Under the pieces are notes generated by a model. It was not told the DNA's origin. It did not search any database and saw only the letters and a program-made list of their open reading frames with translations. This document shows positions 1 to 9,850 of a stretch of 64,000 nt of DNA, one piece after another. The stretch lies in contig JANRKO010000006.1 of assembly GCA_033763455.1 (NCBI GenBank), positions 160,001 to 224,000 on the forward strand. Reading direction: 5' to 3'. Source of the stretch: Polyangiaceae bacterium. Lineage in GTDB: Bacteria; Myxococcota_A; Polyangia; Polyangiales; Polyangiaceae. Made by a program: the position numbers and the translations under genes. Every line of letters begins with the position of its first letter. The stretch's first letter is position 1.

Positions 1-1
1 G

Positions 2-97
2 GCTGAAGATGAACGCCTTGCACAGGCCGGGGTTCAGCCTTCCTTTCGGGGGCCGGATCTGACAGGCTTCGCCAACTTCTTGCTGGGTGAGGCCTAA
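2..97 (+). CDS. 3' end of a gene entering the window; probably HAD-family heptose-bisphosphate phosphatase (GmhB-like)
   Basis: Open frame AEDERLAQAGVQPSFRGPDLTGFANFLLGEA* ends in TAA at 95-97, 3 nt before the transaldolase ATG. It resembles HAD-IIIA C-termini and fits the pathway context. Confidence 0.4.
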   Translation, partial: AEDERLAQAGVQPSFRGPDLTGFANFLLGEA

Positions 98-100
98 CCG

Positions 101-811
101 ATGTTACCTACTATCAAGCTTTTTTCCGATGGAGCAGATCTCACATCACTGCTCGAAATGGCGGCGAATCCTAGGATTTCAGGGTTCACCACCAACCCCA
201 CGCTGATGCGAAAGGCGGGTGTCAGTGATTACGCCGCGTTCGCGCAGGAAGTGCTGCGCCACATCAAAGATCGACCGATCTCGTTTGAGGTGTTCGCGGA
301 CGAGTTCAAAGAGATGGGGCGACAGGCGAAGATTATCGCCGGCTGGGGGGCTAACGTGTACGTCAAGATCCCGATCAGCAACACCCGGGGGGAGTCATCT
401 CTGCCGCTAGTGAGGGCTCTCTCTGTCACCGAGAAGGTGCAGCTCAACGTGACGGCGCTGTGCACCCTGGAGCAAGTACACGGCGTTACTCAAGCTGTAG
501 TGGGGGGTGCACCAGCAGTGGTATCCGTGTTCGCCGGGCGCATTGCCGATACCGGGCGCGACCCCGTGCCGTTTATGAAGGCTGCCCGCGCCATTTGTGA
601 TGCATCGGGGGCTTCGGCTGAGCTCCTATGGGCGAGCCCGCGCGAGCTGCTCAACATTGTTCAAGCGGAGCAATGCGGAGCGCATATCATCACGGTTCCT
701 CCCGACATGCTCAAGAAAATGAACCTCTTCGGCAAGAGCTTGGGCGAATACAGCCTGGAAACCGTGCGCATGTTTCATCGAGATGCCGAAGCCGCAGGAT
801 ACAAGCTATGA
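101..811 (+). CDS. tal: transaldolase (short TalC/FSA type)
   Basis: Motifs GFTTNPTL, ISFEV, NVYVKIP (Schiff-base Lys), LNVT, SVFAGRIAD, LWASPR; 236 aa. Confidence 0.93.
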   Translation: MLPTIKLFSDGADLTSLLEMAANPRISGFTTNPTLMRKAGVSDYAAFAQEVLRHIKDRPISFEVFADEFKEMGRQAKIIAGWGANVYVKIPISNTRGESSLPLVRALSVTEKVQLNVTALCTLEQVHGVTQAVVGGAPAVVSVFAGRIADTGRDPVPFMKAARAICDASGASAELLWASPRELLNIVQAEQCGAHIITVPPDMLKKMNLFGKSLGEYSLETVRMFHRDAEAAGYKL

Positions 812-1413
812 GCGTTAGTGAATTTACAGCACTTTTTCTCCAAGAAAGTGCCCAGTTGATCCGAGCCTTGGACGGCGTTGCTATTGATCGTGTTGCCGAA
901 GGGCTCGCTGCCGCTCGCGACCGAGGTGGGCGCCTATTCATTCTTGGAGTAGGGGGATCTGCGGGGCACGCGAGCCATGCAGTCAACGATTTTCGTAAGC
1001 TGTGCGCGTTCGAAGCTTACGCACCGACAGACAACGTTTCTGAGCTTACGGCGCGTGTGAATGATGAAGGGTGGGACACGAGCTTTTCGGAATGGCTCAA
1101 GGTCTCCCGCTTGGGCTCGGCGGATTCCGTGCTTGTGTTCTCGGTTGGCGGAGGCAGCAAGGCGAAAAACATTTCTGCCAATTTGGTGCTGGCGCTCGAA
1201 CACGCAAAAGCTGTTGGGGCTCGCGTGTTCGGCATCGTGGGTAAGGATGGCGGCTACACTGCACAAGTGGCGGATGGGTGCGTCATCATTCCCACAGCTT
1301 CGCCTGAGCGTATTACGCCGCATACGGAGGGTCTATGCGCCGTGGTGTGGCATCTCTTGGTCAGCCACCCTGCGCTGAAGCGCGCGCCAACGAAGTGGGA
1401 ATCCACCAAGTGA
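808..1413 (+). CDS. gmhA: SIS-domain phosphoheptose isomerase (GmhA-like)
   Basis: Motifs GVGGSAGHASH, LTARVNDEGW, FSVGGG, GKDGG. ATG at 808 overlaps the tal stop (ATGA), so the 628 ORF start is too early. Confidence 0.8.
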   Translation: MSVSEFTALFLQESAQLIRALDGVAIDRVAEGLAAARDRGGRLFILGVGGSAGHASHAVNDFRKLCAFEAYAPTDNVSELTARVNDEGWDTSFSEWLKVSRLGSADSVLVFSVGGGSKAKNISANLVLALEHAKAVGARVFGIVGKDGGYTAQVADGCVIIPTASPERITPHTEGLCAVVWHLLVSHPALKRAPTKWESTK

Positions 1414-1435
1414 GGCCTTGGGACCTCAAGCTACT

Positions 1436-2434
1436 ATGAATCAAAACTGGAAGAATACGATCGCTGGCACCCGCTTCTTTGTCGTAGGCGGCGCGGGTTT
1501 CATCGGGGCTCACTTTGTCGATTGGCTTCTCGGCGAAGGCGGCGCGAGCGGTGTCACCGTCTACGACAACTTCACCTCGGGCCGCGAGTGGCACATCCAA
1601 CAGCACAGCACGGATCATCGGTTTCGCTTGGTGCGAGGTAATGTTGAAGATTTAACGGCTCTGCGCCAAGCCATGGACGGACACGAAGTGGTAATCCATC
1701 TTGCCTCGAATCCGGATATCGCGAGGGCCGCCACGGAGCCGGATATCGATTTTTGGCAAGGTACGGCGCTCACTCAGTCGGTCGTGGAAGCCATGCGTGT
1801 AACGAGTGCCAAGCGGATCCTGTATGCCTCAGGTAGCGGGGTGTATGGGGACCTAGGCACCCAGGAGATCTCAGAGGATCAGAGATCGCTGCTCCCGATT
1901 TCCACCTACGGTGCTAGCAAGCTCGCGGGCGAAGCTCTCATCGCCAGCTACACCTTTATGTTCGGCCTTTCTGGGTGCGCGTTTCGCTTTGGCAACGTCG
2001 TGGGGCCCAGGCAAACGCACGGTGTCGGTTTCGATTTCGCTCGTCGGCTACTCGACGATCCAACCCGCCTGCGCATCTTAGGGGATGGTTCGCAGGCAAA
2101 GTCTTACGTGCACATTTCAGACATTATCGCCGCTGTAATGCTCGCTCACACGAAAACCCCCACGCCCTATGACGTTTACAACGTGGGCACGGGGGACACG
2201 ATCACCGTGAGCGAGATTGCCGAGCTCGCTGTTAGCTGCGTCGGGGTAAACCGCGAGGACGTCACCTTTGAATTTACCGGCGGCGACCGCGGCTGGAAGG
2301 GCGACGTTCCCATCGTTCGCCTGAACACCGACAAAATCCAAGGCTTGGGCTGGAAGTGTGCCCACACCTCGGGGCAAGCGCTGAAACGCGCCATTGAGGC
2401 TATGATTCCGGAAATGAAGGCAGGGCGGATGTAA
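1436..2434 (+). CDS. NAD-dependent nucleotide-sugar epimerase/dehydratase (extended SDR)
   Basis: Motifs GGAGFIG, HLAS, YGASK (YxxxK), FRFGNVVGP. Confidence 0.9.
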   Translation: MNQNWKNTIAGTRFFVVGGAGFIGAHFVDWLLGEGGASGVTVYDNFTSGREWHIQQHSTDHRFRLVRGNVEDLTALRQAMDGHEVVIHLASNPDIARAATEPDIDFWQGTALTQSVVEAMRVTSAKRILYASGSGVYGDLGTQEISEDQRSLLPISTYGASKLAGEALIASYTFMFGLSGCAFRFGNVVGPRQTHGVGFDFARRLLDDPTRLRILGDGSQAKSYVHISDIIAAVMLAHTKTPTPYDVYNVGTGDTITVSEIAELAVSCVGVNREDVTFEFTGGDRGWKGDVPIVRLNTDKIQGLGWKCAHTSGQALKRAIEAMIPEMKAGRM

Positions 2435-3657
2435 TGTTGCAAGTCCCCTCAAGCACCTCGCCCGGTGCTGACCCAGAGGTCAGCCTACACGTTCCGGAGA
2501 AGGACGTTGCCGCGCCCGAGCTTTCGATCGTGATCCCGGCGTTAAACGAACAGCTCACCATCAGTGATTTTGTCGAGTGGTGCCACGAGGGTATGAAGAA
2601 GGCTGGCGTGAGCGGCGAAATCCTGATCGTTGATAGCGGAAAAGATCAAACACTAGAGCTTGCACTTGCGGGTGGTGCCCGGGTTCTGAAGACACCAAAG
2701 CGCGGCCTGGGGCGTGCCTATCAAGATGCGCTTCCGTTTATCCGCGGTAAATACGTGGTGATGGGGGATTGCGACTGCACCTATGATTTTCGTGAGCTCG
2801 CTCCGTTTGTCGAGAAGTTCCGCGGCGGCGCGGAATTCGTGATGGGGTCGCGCTTTCGAGGCTTCATTGAGCCCGGTGCCATGCCGCCCCTCCATCGCTA
2901 CCTTGGCACACCCGTCACCACCTGGATCCTGAACACCATTTTCTCTAGCTATTTTTCGGACATCCACTGCGGTATGCGGGGGATCACGAAGGAGGCTCTG
3001 GAGCGCATGGATTTGCGCTCTCAATCCTGGGAATACGCCTCCGAGATGGTCCTGAAGTCGGTCCACATGCAGCTGCGTACTGAAGAAGTGCCCATTCGTT
3101 TTTTGAAGGACCGCGATGGGCGATTGAGCCACCACAAGCGCTCTGGGTGGTTCTCTCCATGGCATGCCGCCTGGATCAACCTGCGTGCCATGTTCATCTA
3201 CGGGGCAGATTTCTTCTTGTTCAAGCCCGGTCTTGTGCTCCTTACCCTGGGCCTGCTGCTGACCTTTCCTTTGTCGCTTGGCCCGGTAACCTTAGGCCCT
3301 ATCACCTTTTCACTGCACTGGATGCTGCTCGGAATGTCCCTAGCGCTGCTTGGGCTGCAGTGCGTGTACATGGGGATCCTGGCGCAGGTATTTTTTGACT
3401 ACGGAGGAGCGGTAACGGCCAAGTGGTTTCAACGTTTCAGCTACACACGCGCTGTAGCGCTTTCAGCCCTCATGTTTATTGTTGGCCTCGGCTTTGCCGG
3501 ATTGCTGACGTACTCTTACCTCGCGAATGGCTACAGGCTACCTGCTTCCACGAATAACCTTGGCTTCACGGGGCTTTTGTTGATGATTATGGGGTTCATG
3601 ACGTTCACTTTTACTTTGATTTTGCATTCGACAGCGGTGGCGGTCCGCCGCCGGTGA
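2434..3657 (+). CDS. GT2 glycosyltransferase, DPM1/GtrB-like, with about 4 C-terminal TM helices
   Basis: Motifs SIVIPALNE, IVDS, MGDCDCTY (DxD), GSRF, DIHCGMRG, EVPI, followed by hydrophobic helices. Confidence 0.88.
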   Translation: MLQVPSSTSPGADPEVSLHVPEKDVAAPELSIVIPALNEQLTISDFVEWCHEGMKKAGVSGEILIVDSGKDQTLELALAGGARVLKTPKRGLGRAYQDALPFIRGKYVVMGDCDCTYDFRELAPFVEKFRGGAEFVMGSRFRGFIEPGAMPPLHRYLGTPVTTWILNTIFSSYFSDIHCGMRGITKEALERMDLRSQSWEYASEMVLKSVHMQLRTEEVPIRFLKDRDGRLSHHKRSGWFSPWHAAWINLRAMFIYGADFFLFKPGLVLLTLGLLLTFPLSLGPVTLGPITFSLHWMLLGMSLALLGLQCVYMGILAQVFFDYGGAVTAKWFQRFSYTRAVALSALMFIVGLGFAGLLTYSYLANGYRLPASTNNLGFTGLLLMIMGFMTFTFTLILHSTAVAVRRR

Positions 3658-4271
3658 GCGCGGAACGCGAAGAGGCATTCGGCCAAGGCTACGCACCTAC
3701 GGCGGTGGATCGCTTTGGTGTTTGGCTTTCAGCGCGCCAAATCCGAAGGTTTGCCCCGTCTTTTGCTGGCAAACGGATTGCAGATCTGGGCTGTGGGTAC
3801 CACGCTGCCTTCACGCGTACGGTGCTCGATCAGGTTTCGAGTGCACTGTTGGTGGATGTCGATCTCGCGAGTGACCTCGTGCAGCATCCCAAGGTGCGGG
3901 CGATTCGCGGCGGGCTTCCGGAGTCTCTCGCGGAGCTCCCTGGTGCAAGCTTGGACATCGTGATGATTGTGTCCGTGCTCGAACACCTTTGGGAGCCTCT
4001 GCAAACACTGCAGGAAATACGGCGTTTGCTGGCACCCGGAGGCACTTGTCTGGTGAACGTGCCTTCCTGGCGTGGGAAACATTACCTGGAGCTTTCCGCA
4101 TTCAAGCTTGGCCTTTCGCCTGCGTCGGAAATGGACGACCATAAAATCTACTACGACGTAAAAGATCTGTGGCCCTTGCTCGTGAAGGCGGGTTGGAGGC
4201 CTAGCGAGATCCAGTGTTTCTCGCATAAATTCGGCCTGAATACGTTCGCGGCGTGCAGGCTTGGGGGCTAG
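3654..4271 (+). CDS. class I SAM-dependent methyltransferase
   Basis: Motifs IADLGCG, SVLEHL, RLLAPGG, NVPS; GTGA overlap with the GT2 stop. Confidence 0.88.
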   Translation: MSAEREEAFGQGYAPTAVDRFGVWLSARQIRRFAPSFAGKRIADLGCGYHAAFTRTVLDQVSSALLVDVDLASDLVQHPKVRAIRGGLPESLAELPGASLDIVMIVSVLEHLWEPLQTLQEIRRLLAPGGTCLVNVPSWRGKHYLELSAFKLGLSPASEMDDHKIYYDVKDLWPLLVKAGWRPSEIQCFSHKFGLNTFAACRLGG

Positions 4272-4272
4272 G

Positions 4273-5814
4273 GTGAAAAAAACGCTTGTCCGAGACCCAG
4301 GCGCGCGGTTTGGCGATCTGATTGCCATTTTGTGCGTCACCCTGGTTCATCGGGTGCTTGGCCAGAAGTTTCTTTGGGCACCGTTTAGCTTTGATGAACA
4401 CTACTTTCTGCATCCTGGCTGGTCGATGACGAAGGGGCTGGTCCCCTACCGAGACTTCCAAGATTTTAAGCCGCCGATGATCTTCGTGGTCAATTGGCTA
4501 GGCGTTGAGCTCTTTGGGCTTGATGGCTCAGGGTACCGCCAGCTGCTTTCGCTCCTTTCCCTGGGGGCTTTCCTCTGGGTGACCATTGCACTCCTCAGCC
4601 GAGGCACAAATCGGTGGTTTACGGTGTCCGTCGTTGCTCTGCTGATTCACCACTTCTTCGACGGTGGGTTTCACGATTCGAGTATCAATAACTCGGAGAG
4701 CGTTGGCTTGAATTTCATGATCATGGGGGTGGGGGTATTACTCACTCATACGAATTGGGTGCGTTCGCAGCTCTTCCTCGGAGGGTGTTTGCTTGCACTT
4801 GCACCGATGAGCAAGGAACCATTCGCTCTTCCAGTAGTCGCCGCGTGGGTTACCTTATTGTGCATGCAATGGTGGGGCTCTGCGCGGGTCGGTGCCGTCA
4901 AGCGCTTCGTAATCTATACAACTGGAGGCGTGGTGTTCGTTGCTTCCGTCTGGCTTGGCTACATGCTGCTGACTCAGTCGTTTGGGTGGTACATCGTTCA
5001 GTTCAAGCTCAATCTCGCTTACGCCGGCAACTACGCGTACCAGATGGGGTGGTTCCCAAGGAACCCTGCGCGTGGCGTTTGGGGGGAGTGTTGGCACCGG
5101 CTTAGGGAGGCCTATATCAACTCCGCCCACCTCGCCATTTTTGTGCCTTTTTTCGCCGCTCTCGTGGCGCTCTGGTGGAAGTGTCGCCCCCTCGTCGTGG
5201 CCGGCACCGTACTCACACTGGCGTCGGCGGTTTACGCGGTCACGATTGGTCGCGCCTTTGCCCCTCACTATTACATAATGGCCATGAGCGGCGTGTTTAT
5301 TTACGTTATCGTTAGTGTCATCGCCATTGACGAGCAGCTACGCACCATCAACGGCAAGATCTATCATTGGGTATCTCTTTCGTGGGTCGTTACCGTGCTC
5401 GTGGCTGTTGGCCCACGGCTGTCGGATGAGTGGGAGGCTTATTCAACCTACAAGCCTCCGCAGCCACCTGTATCCCAGGCAGACATTGCGCTCGTGAGGG
5501 CTTACAGCAGCCCCGGGGACAGGATTTGGACCCTTGGAGATCCGCTCCTTTACGTGTACTCGGACAGGCTGAATGCCGTTCGTGAAGGCATCGTGATCGA
5601 CGAAATCATTTCGTATCACCCTGGGCAGACGGACGAAGAAAGGCTGGCGGGGCAACGGGCTGAGTTACTGGCAAATCGGCCCAAACTTGTTATCTTTGGG
5701 GAAGATCCGGTTTCTTATACACGCAAGGAGCGCTACATCCGCTCCCTTGTTCGGCCCTTCCTCAAGGAAGCGGGCTACAAGCAGATTAGCGACAAGCTTT
5801 TTGTACGACCCTGA
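4273..5814 (+). CDS. GT-C fold (ArnT/PMT-like) integral membrane glycosyltransferase
   Basis: First-loop acidic motif FDEHY...GLVPYRDFQDFKPP, about 11 TM segments, HYY motif and a soluble C-terminal domain. Confidence 0.72.
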   Translation: MKKTLVRDPGARFGDLIAILCVTLVHRVLGQKFLWAPFSFDEHYFLHPGWSMTKGLVPYRDFQDFKPPMIFVVNWLGVELFGLDGSGYRQLLSLLSLGAFLWVTIALLSRGTNRWFTVSVVALLIHHFFDGGFHDSSINNSESVGLNFMIMGVGVLLTHTNWVRSQLFLGGCLLALAPMSKEPFALPVVAAWVTLLCMQWWGSARVGAVKRFVIYTTGGVVFVASVWLGYMLLTQSFGWYIVQFKLNLAYAGNYAYQMGWFPRNPARGVWGECWHRLREAYINSAHLAIFVPFFAALVALWWKCRPLVVAGTVLTLASAVYAVTIGRAFAPHYYIMAMSGVFIYVIVSVIAIDEQLRTINGKIYHWVSLSWVVTVLVAVGPRLSDEWEAYSTYKPPQPPVSQADIALVRAYSSPGDRIWTLGDPLLYVYSDRLNAVREGIVIDEIISYHPGQTDEERLAGQRAELLANRPKLVIFGEDPVSYTRKERYIRSLVRPFLKEAGYKQISDKLFVRP

Positions 5815-5891
5815 TGCAGATTGATGCTCGTTCCTTGCAAATATCGCGCTCTGCCCGGGTCCCGTGCTACTGACGCTACACAGCTACCCCC

Positions 5892-6644
5892 ATGATGCGC
5901 CCCACACTTGCCAATCAGTCCGAGGACCCTACCCAAGCCCCCCCCGGCCTACACGACGCGCTTGAAAGCGGTGCTGGGGCGAAGAACTATTATGCGTGGT
6001 TAACTTCGGCCTGCGCACCATTCATGCGAGGTACCGTTGTGGAACATGGGGCTGGGCGTGGCACGCTGTCTGTCGGGCTAGTCACGGTGGGTGCTCCGCA
6101 GCTTATTCTGACGGAACCGGACGCGCAGATGTCGAGCGCGCTCCGAGCGCGATTCGGTGCCAACAGTGGCGTTGCGATCTTCCAAGGGACGCTGGATGAC
6201 TACTTGGCCGTGGCTGGCCCCAATTCGGTAGATTCTCTTATATCTTCGAATGTTCTTGAACATATCGAGGACGACGAAGCGTGCCTTGCTACGATGAGGA
6301 AGCTGCTTCGCCCAGGGGGCCAATTGGTGCTGTACGTACCCGCTCGTCCCGAGCTTTACGGTGATTTTGATAGACTAGTTGGCCACCATCGGCGCTATCG
6401 CCCCAAGGAATTGCGGCGGAAATTGCTTGCCGCGGGGTTCCAAATTGAGAAGATGGAGTATCGCAACCTCGTTGCTAGCCTGGCGTGGCTCTGGCTCCGG
6501 GTGGCAAAGAAGCAGCACGTGCCCGGGGGCAATGTTGAGTCATTCGATCGGTTTCTCTTCCCGCTTCTTCGACGAATCGAAGACGTTGTCCCCCTGCCAT
6601 ACGGGTTGAACATCCTAACCATTGCTAGCTGGTCGGGAGGGTGA
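5892..6644 (+). CDS. class I SAM-dependent methyltransferase (glycan-cluster type)
   Basis: Motifs NYYAW, VEHGAGRG, SNVLEHIEDD, LRPGG, YVPA, D-x-x-VGHHRRY. Confidence 0.88.
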   Translation: MMRPTLANQSEDPTQAPPGLHDALESGAGAKNYYAWLTSACAPFMRGTVVEHGAGRGTLSVGLVTVGAPQLILTEPDAQMSSALRARFGANSGVAIFQGTLDDYLAVAGPNSVDSLISSNVLEHIEDDEACLATMRKLLRPGGQLVLYVPARPELYGDFDRLVGHHRRYRPKELRRKLLAAGFQIEKMEYRNLVASLAWLWLRVAKKQHVPGGNVESFDRFLFPLLRRIEDVVPLPYGLNILTIASWSGG

Positions 6645-6674
6645 GCTTCGTAGCTTGCCCCATGGGGGGGCCAC

Positions 6675-7268
6675 ATGGCGCGGTCATTTTTGAGTCGGGG
6701 GCGCTCCAAAGTCCCCCGGGAAGGGTTGCGTCGCGCCCCACGTCGTAGCATGGTGCCTCGCGCGGTGATCGAGAGCTGGCGAAACTCAGCATTGTTTGCT
6801 CAAGTGCTTGAACACACTCCCCAACCTGGGGCGCTCATTTTAGAGATGGCCCGTGTGCTGAAGGACGGCGGGAAGCTCATCCTCTCGGCCCCTTTCCAGT
6901 TCCGGTTACACGAGCAACCGCATGACTATTTTCGCTACAGGCCGCACGGGCTTCGCTCCTTATGTGAGGCTGCAGGATTGGAGATCCTGGAGGTCCACAA
7001 TCAGGGGAGCCTATGGAGCGTGATCGCGCACAAACTGAATAGTTACCTTGCATTGAACGTGGCTCGTTTAGGGGGCCTTGCCCAAGCCGTTGGGAATCTC
7101 CCTCACGAAGGCGCATCTTCTGTGCGTATGCGAGTGTGGCCTCTTCCACTTGTGGCACCAACGATGCTCGCCCTTTCTGGCACGGCGCCTGTCATGGATC
7201 GTTTTTTTTCTGACCCCGAAGAAGCTCTTGGATTTCTGATTGTCGCCCAACGAATAAGGCCCGTATGA
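6675..7268 (+). pseudogene. N-terminally truncated class I methyltransferase
   Basis: Retains QVLEH, RVLKDGG, SAPF and HEQPHDYFRY. No SAM-binding motif I (xDxGxG) was found upstream in the frames inspected. Confidence 0.55.
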
Positions 7269-8260
7269 TAGTTTCCCGCGCACCAGTTAGGTTTTCCCTC
7301 GGTGGGGGCGGCACCGATCTCCCCAGCTACTCTTCCGAGCATGGGGGCTTTCTTGTAGCTGCCGCAATCGATAAGTATATCTACGTCAGCGCGAATCGTC
7401 GATTCTACGATACGATCCGCCTCGCTTACTCGAAGACCGAGACGGTTGATGCAATCGATAAGATAGAACATCGAATTTTTCGGGAAGCACTGCGCTTTAC
7501 GGGGATCAACCAGGGAATTGAGCTCACCAGCGTGGCCGATGTGCCGCCCAATTCTGGGCTCGGTTCATCCAGCAGTTTCACAGTGGCTCTACTCAATGCT
7601 CTCCACACCTTCAAGCATGAATTCATCTCAAGTGAGCAGCTTGCCAAGGAAGCCTGCCACATCGAGATGGAGGTTCTGAAGGAGCCTATCGGTAAACAGG
7701 ATCAATATATCGCTGCCTACGGAGGGATTACGGCGTTCACCTTCAATCCTGACGGCAGCGTAGCGGTTGAGCGCCTGCCTGTTCGCCCTGAGGTTATCGA
7801 TGAGCTTGAGTCAAACCTGCTCATCTTTTATTCGGGGGTTGAGCGGGCCGCGGCCAGTGTGCTTGCCGAGCAAGGGAAGAACATTCAGCAGAATCAGAGC
7901 AATGCGGTCGAGCGTATGCACCGAATCAAGGAGCTCGGCCTGGAGACTCGTCGAATCCTGCTGGATGGCAATGTCGACGCCTACGGGGAGCTGCTCCACG
8001 AGCATTGGTCGAATAAGCGCAAGCTAGCCGGGAACATGACAGACCCGACGATTGACGAGCACTACGAAGCTGCACGCACGGCTGGTGCCATCGGCGGTAA
8101 GCTCATGGGTGCGGGCGGTGGCGGATTCTTCATGTTCTATGCGTTGCCTGCCAATCGCAGACGTGTGTACGACGCACTCACGAAGCGCGGCCTCAAGCCG
8201 CTGAGGTTTCGTTTCGATACGAGCGGCGCACGCATTGTGGCAAACCTCCGGCAGTCTTAG
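7265..8260 (+). CDS. hddA: GHMP kinase, D-glycero-alpha-D-manno-heptose-7-phosphate kinase type
   Basis: Motifs RAPVRFSLGGGGTD, PPNSGLGSSS, PIGKQDQY, GGKLMGAGGGGF. Confidence 0.82.
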   Translation: MIVSRAPVRFSLGGGGTDLPSYSSEHGGFLVAAAIDKYIYVSANRRFYDTIRLAYSKTETVDAIDKIEHRIFREALRFTGINQGIELTSVADVPPNSGLGSSSSFTVALLNALHTFKHEFISSEQLAKEACHIEMEVLKEPIGKQDQYIAAYGGITAFTFNPDGSVAVERLPVRPEVIDELESNLLIFYSGVERAAASVLAEQGKNIQQNQSNAVERMHRIKELGLETRRILLDGNVDAYGELLHEHWSNKRKLAGNMTDPTIDEHYEAARTAGAIGGKLMGAGGGGFFMFYALPANRRRVYDALTKRGLKPLRFRFDTSGARIVANLRQS

Positions 8261-8290
8261 CCCCTAGAAAACCGCCGTCCGGGTAGGTAG

Positions 8291-9850
8291 TTATGGCCGG
8301 TATTTAGGGACATTGGGCGTTCGGTTGCCGCATACCGACAGCAGCTTGACGAACTTCGCGTCCAGTTCCGGATTAAAGGCGCGAAAATGCCCATTGTACC
8401 CTTGGTAGCCAATCAGGACTCCGAGGACAATACTCGCAAGCGCAAGCAGGGAAACAAAACTGAATGTCAGGCCTCTCGCCCTTCTTCCCAGTGGGTGAGA
8501 GCTGAGTGCATAGGCTCCAAGCAAGGACACCAATACGAGGCCGAAAGTGACGTCACTCAGGTAACGCATGGTGGCACTGTAGATCCCCGTTCCGATGAGG
8601 CCTGTGAAACTGGCTAATGTACAAAATACGATCAAACACCAGACGTAGCCTCGAGTGCGCAAGTTCCTGAGATTAAACGGACGTGGGGCAAGCAAGAATG
8701 CAAGAGGTGACAGCCACGTGATTGGAACGGCGCGCAGCCATCCGATTACCGGTTCAGAAATCATGTAACCCGGGGGTAACTGGTAGCCGCGAGGGAAAGC
8801 GTCTGTTCCCATAGCCCACACTTGAAACACATAAGGAAATTGGCAAGAAAGTACCCCCGGGCGGAGCATATATGAGTATAAGTTCGGTAAGAGGTATGAC
8901 GCTGAAAGGTGTATTTGCGGTACGCCCGAAGTCTGCATGTTAGTGCCGAATTCGAGCCAGCTGTCGAACCTCAACTTGTTGTAGTAGAGCAGGGCACTAG
9001 CGATTAGGGCTACCGGCGCTCCGAGTGAGATGCTGCCGCTGAGCACTTGTCTTACCGGTTGCTTTGACGTCCATGCGCCGGCCACCGCGGTTACGCAGCA
9101 GAATATCGCCACAGCAGGGGCAACGCTTATACGGCACGCGAGGGCAAGGCCGAATCCCAAACCGGCCAGAGCTAGGCGGGCGTGGTGCGCGCGGCGTATT
9201 CCCGAGTACCACACGGCGTCGAATGCTGCCACTAGTGCTCCGAGCAGGCACGTTTGGGCTGAGACGATGGATACGGTGTACGTGCTCGCAGTGGAAGCAG
9301 CGTGCAAGGTCGGATTCGCGCACACCAGCGTCAACGTCCCGAGTATCAACAGAGGTCGTGAAACTCCTCCAAATAACCGGCGCCCCACCCTCTCAACCAT
9401 AAGCGCTGAGAACCAAGCGCCAAGGCACATGAAGAACATCACGAGGTATTGGTCGCCGATGCTACGCTTGATTTGCAGTAGCGACTTTGCCGCTGCTTGG
9501 AGCATGGCGGGCATAGGGCCCCAGTAGACGTAGTACTTCCCCTTGTAGAAGCTTGCGTCCAGCATCCAGTACCTGAAATTGACCCGATCCAAGGGGTTCT
9601 TTGCGTTGACCAGCGCCGGATCCGGAGTTACAGGAAGGTAGAGGTGCCCGCTTCGAAAGCCTTCGGCCAGCAAGTCGTGGTACGTGCCATAGGTGGGCCA
9701 ACGTGAAAGCCCTCCGGCTGAGATGAAGTACCAGTAGATGCCGCAGGAAAGTAGGGTCACTGCGAGAAGCCAGAGTGGCCGAAGTGAGGCGCGCGCGCGG
9801 CCAGGAATCAACTGGGCCTCCGACCGCTCCATAAGGAGCGCCGAGAACAT
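8291..9850 (-). CDS. polytopic membrane protein, probable GT-C glycosyltransferase
   Basis: About 11 TM segments; periplasmic loop YHDLLAEGF..GHLYL...DASFYKGKYYVYWGPMP; later YN..RF...EFG and MRY motifs. Confidence 0.6.
   Translation of the reverse strand: MFSALLMERSEAQLIPGRARASLRPLWLLAVTLLSCGIYWYFISAGGLSRWPTYGTYHDLLAEGFRSGHLYLPVTPDPALVNAKNPLDRVNFRYWMLDASFYKGKYYVYWGPMPAMLQAAAKSLLQIKRSIGDQYLVMFFMCLGAWFSALMVERVGRRLFGGVSRPLLILGTLTLVCANPTLHAASTASTYTVSIVSAQTCLLGALVAAFDAVWYSGIRRAHHARLALAGLGFGLALACRISVAPAVAIFCCVTAVAGAWTSKQPVRQVLSGSISLGAPVALIASALLYYNKLRFDSWLEFGTNMQTSGVPQIHLSASYLLPNLYSYMLRPGVLSCQFPYVFQVWAMGTDAFPRGYQLPPGYMISEPVIGWLRAVPITWLSPLAFLLAPRPFNLRNLRTRGYVWCLIVFCTLASFTGLIGTGIYSATMRYLSDVTFGLVLVSLLGAYALSSHPLGRRARGLTFSFVSLLALASIVLGVLIGYQGYNGHFRAFNPELDAKFVKLLSVCGNRTPNVPKYRP

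Noticed and set aside
628..807. Upstream extension of the SIS ORF
   Set aside because: It overlaps tal out of frame; ATG 808 is coupled to the tal stop and matches SIS protein length.
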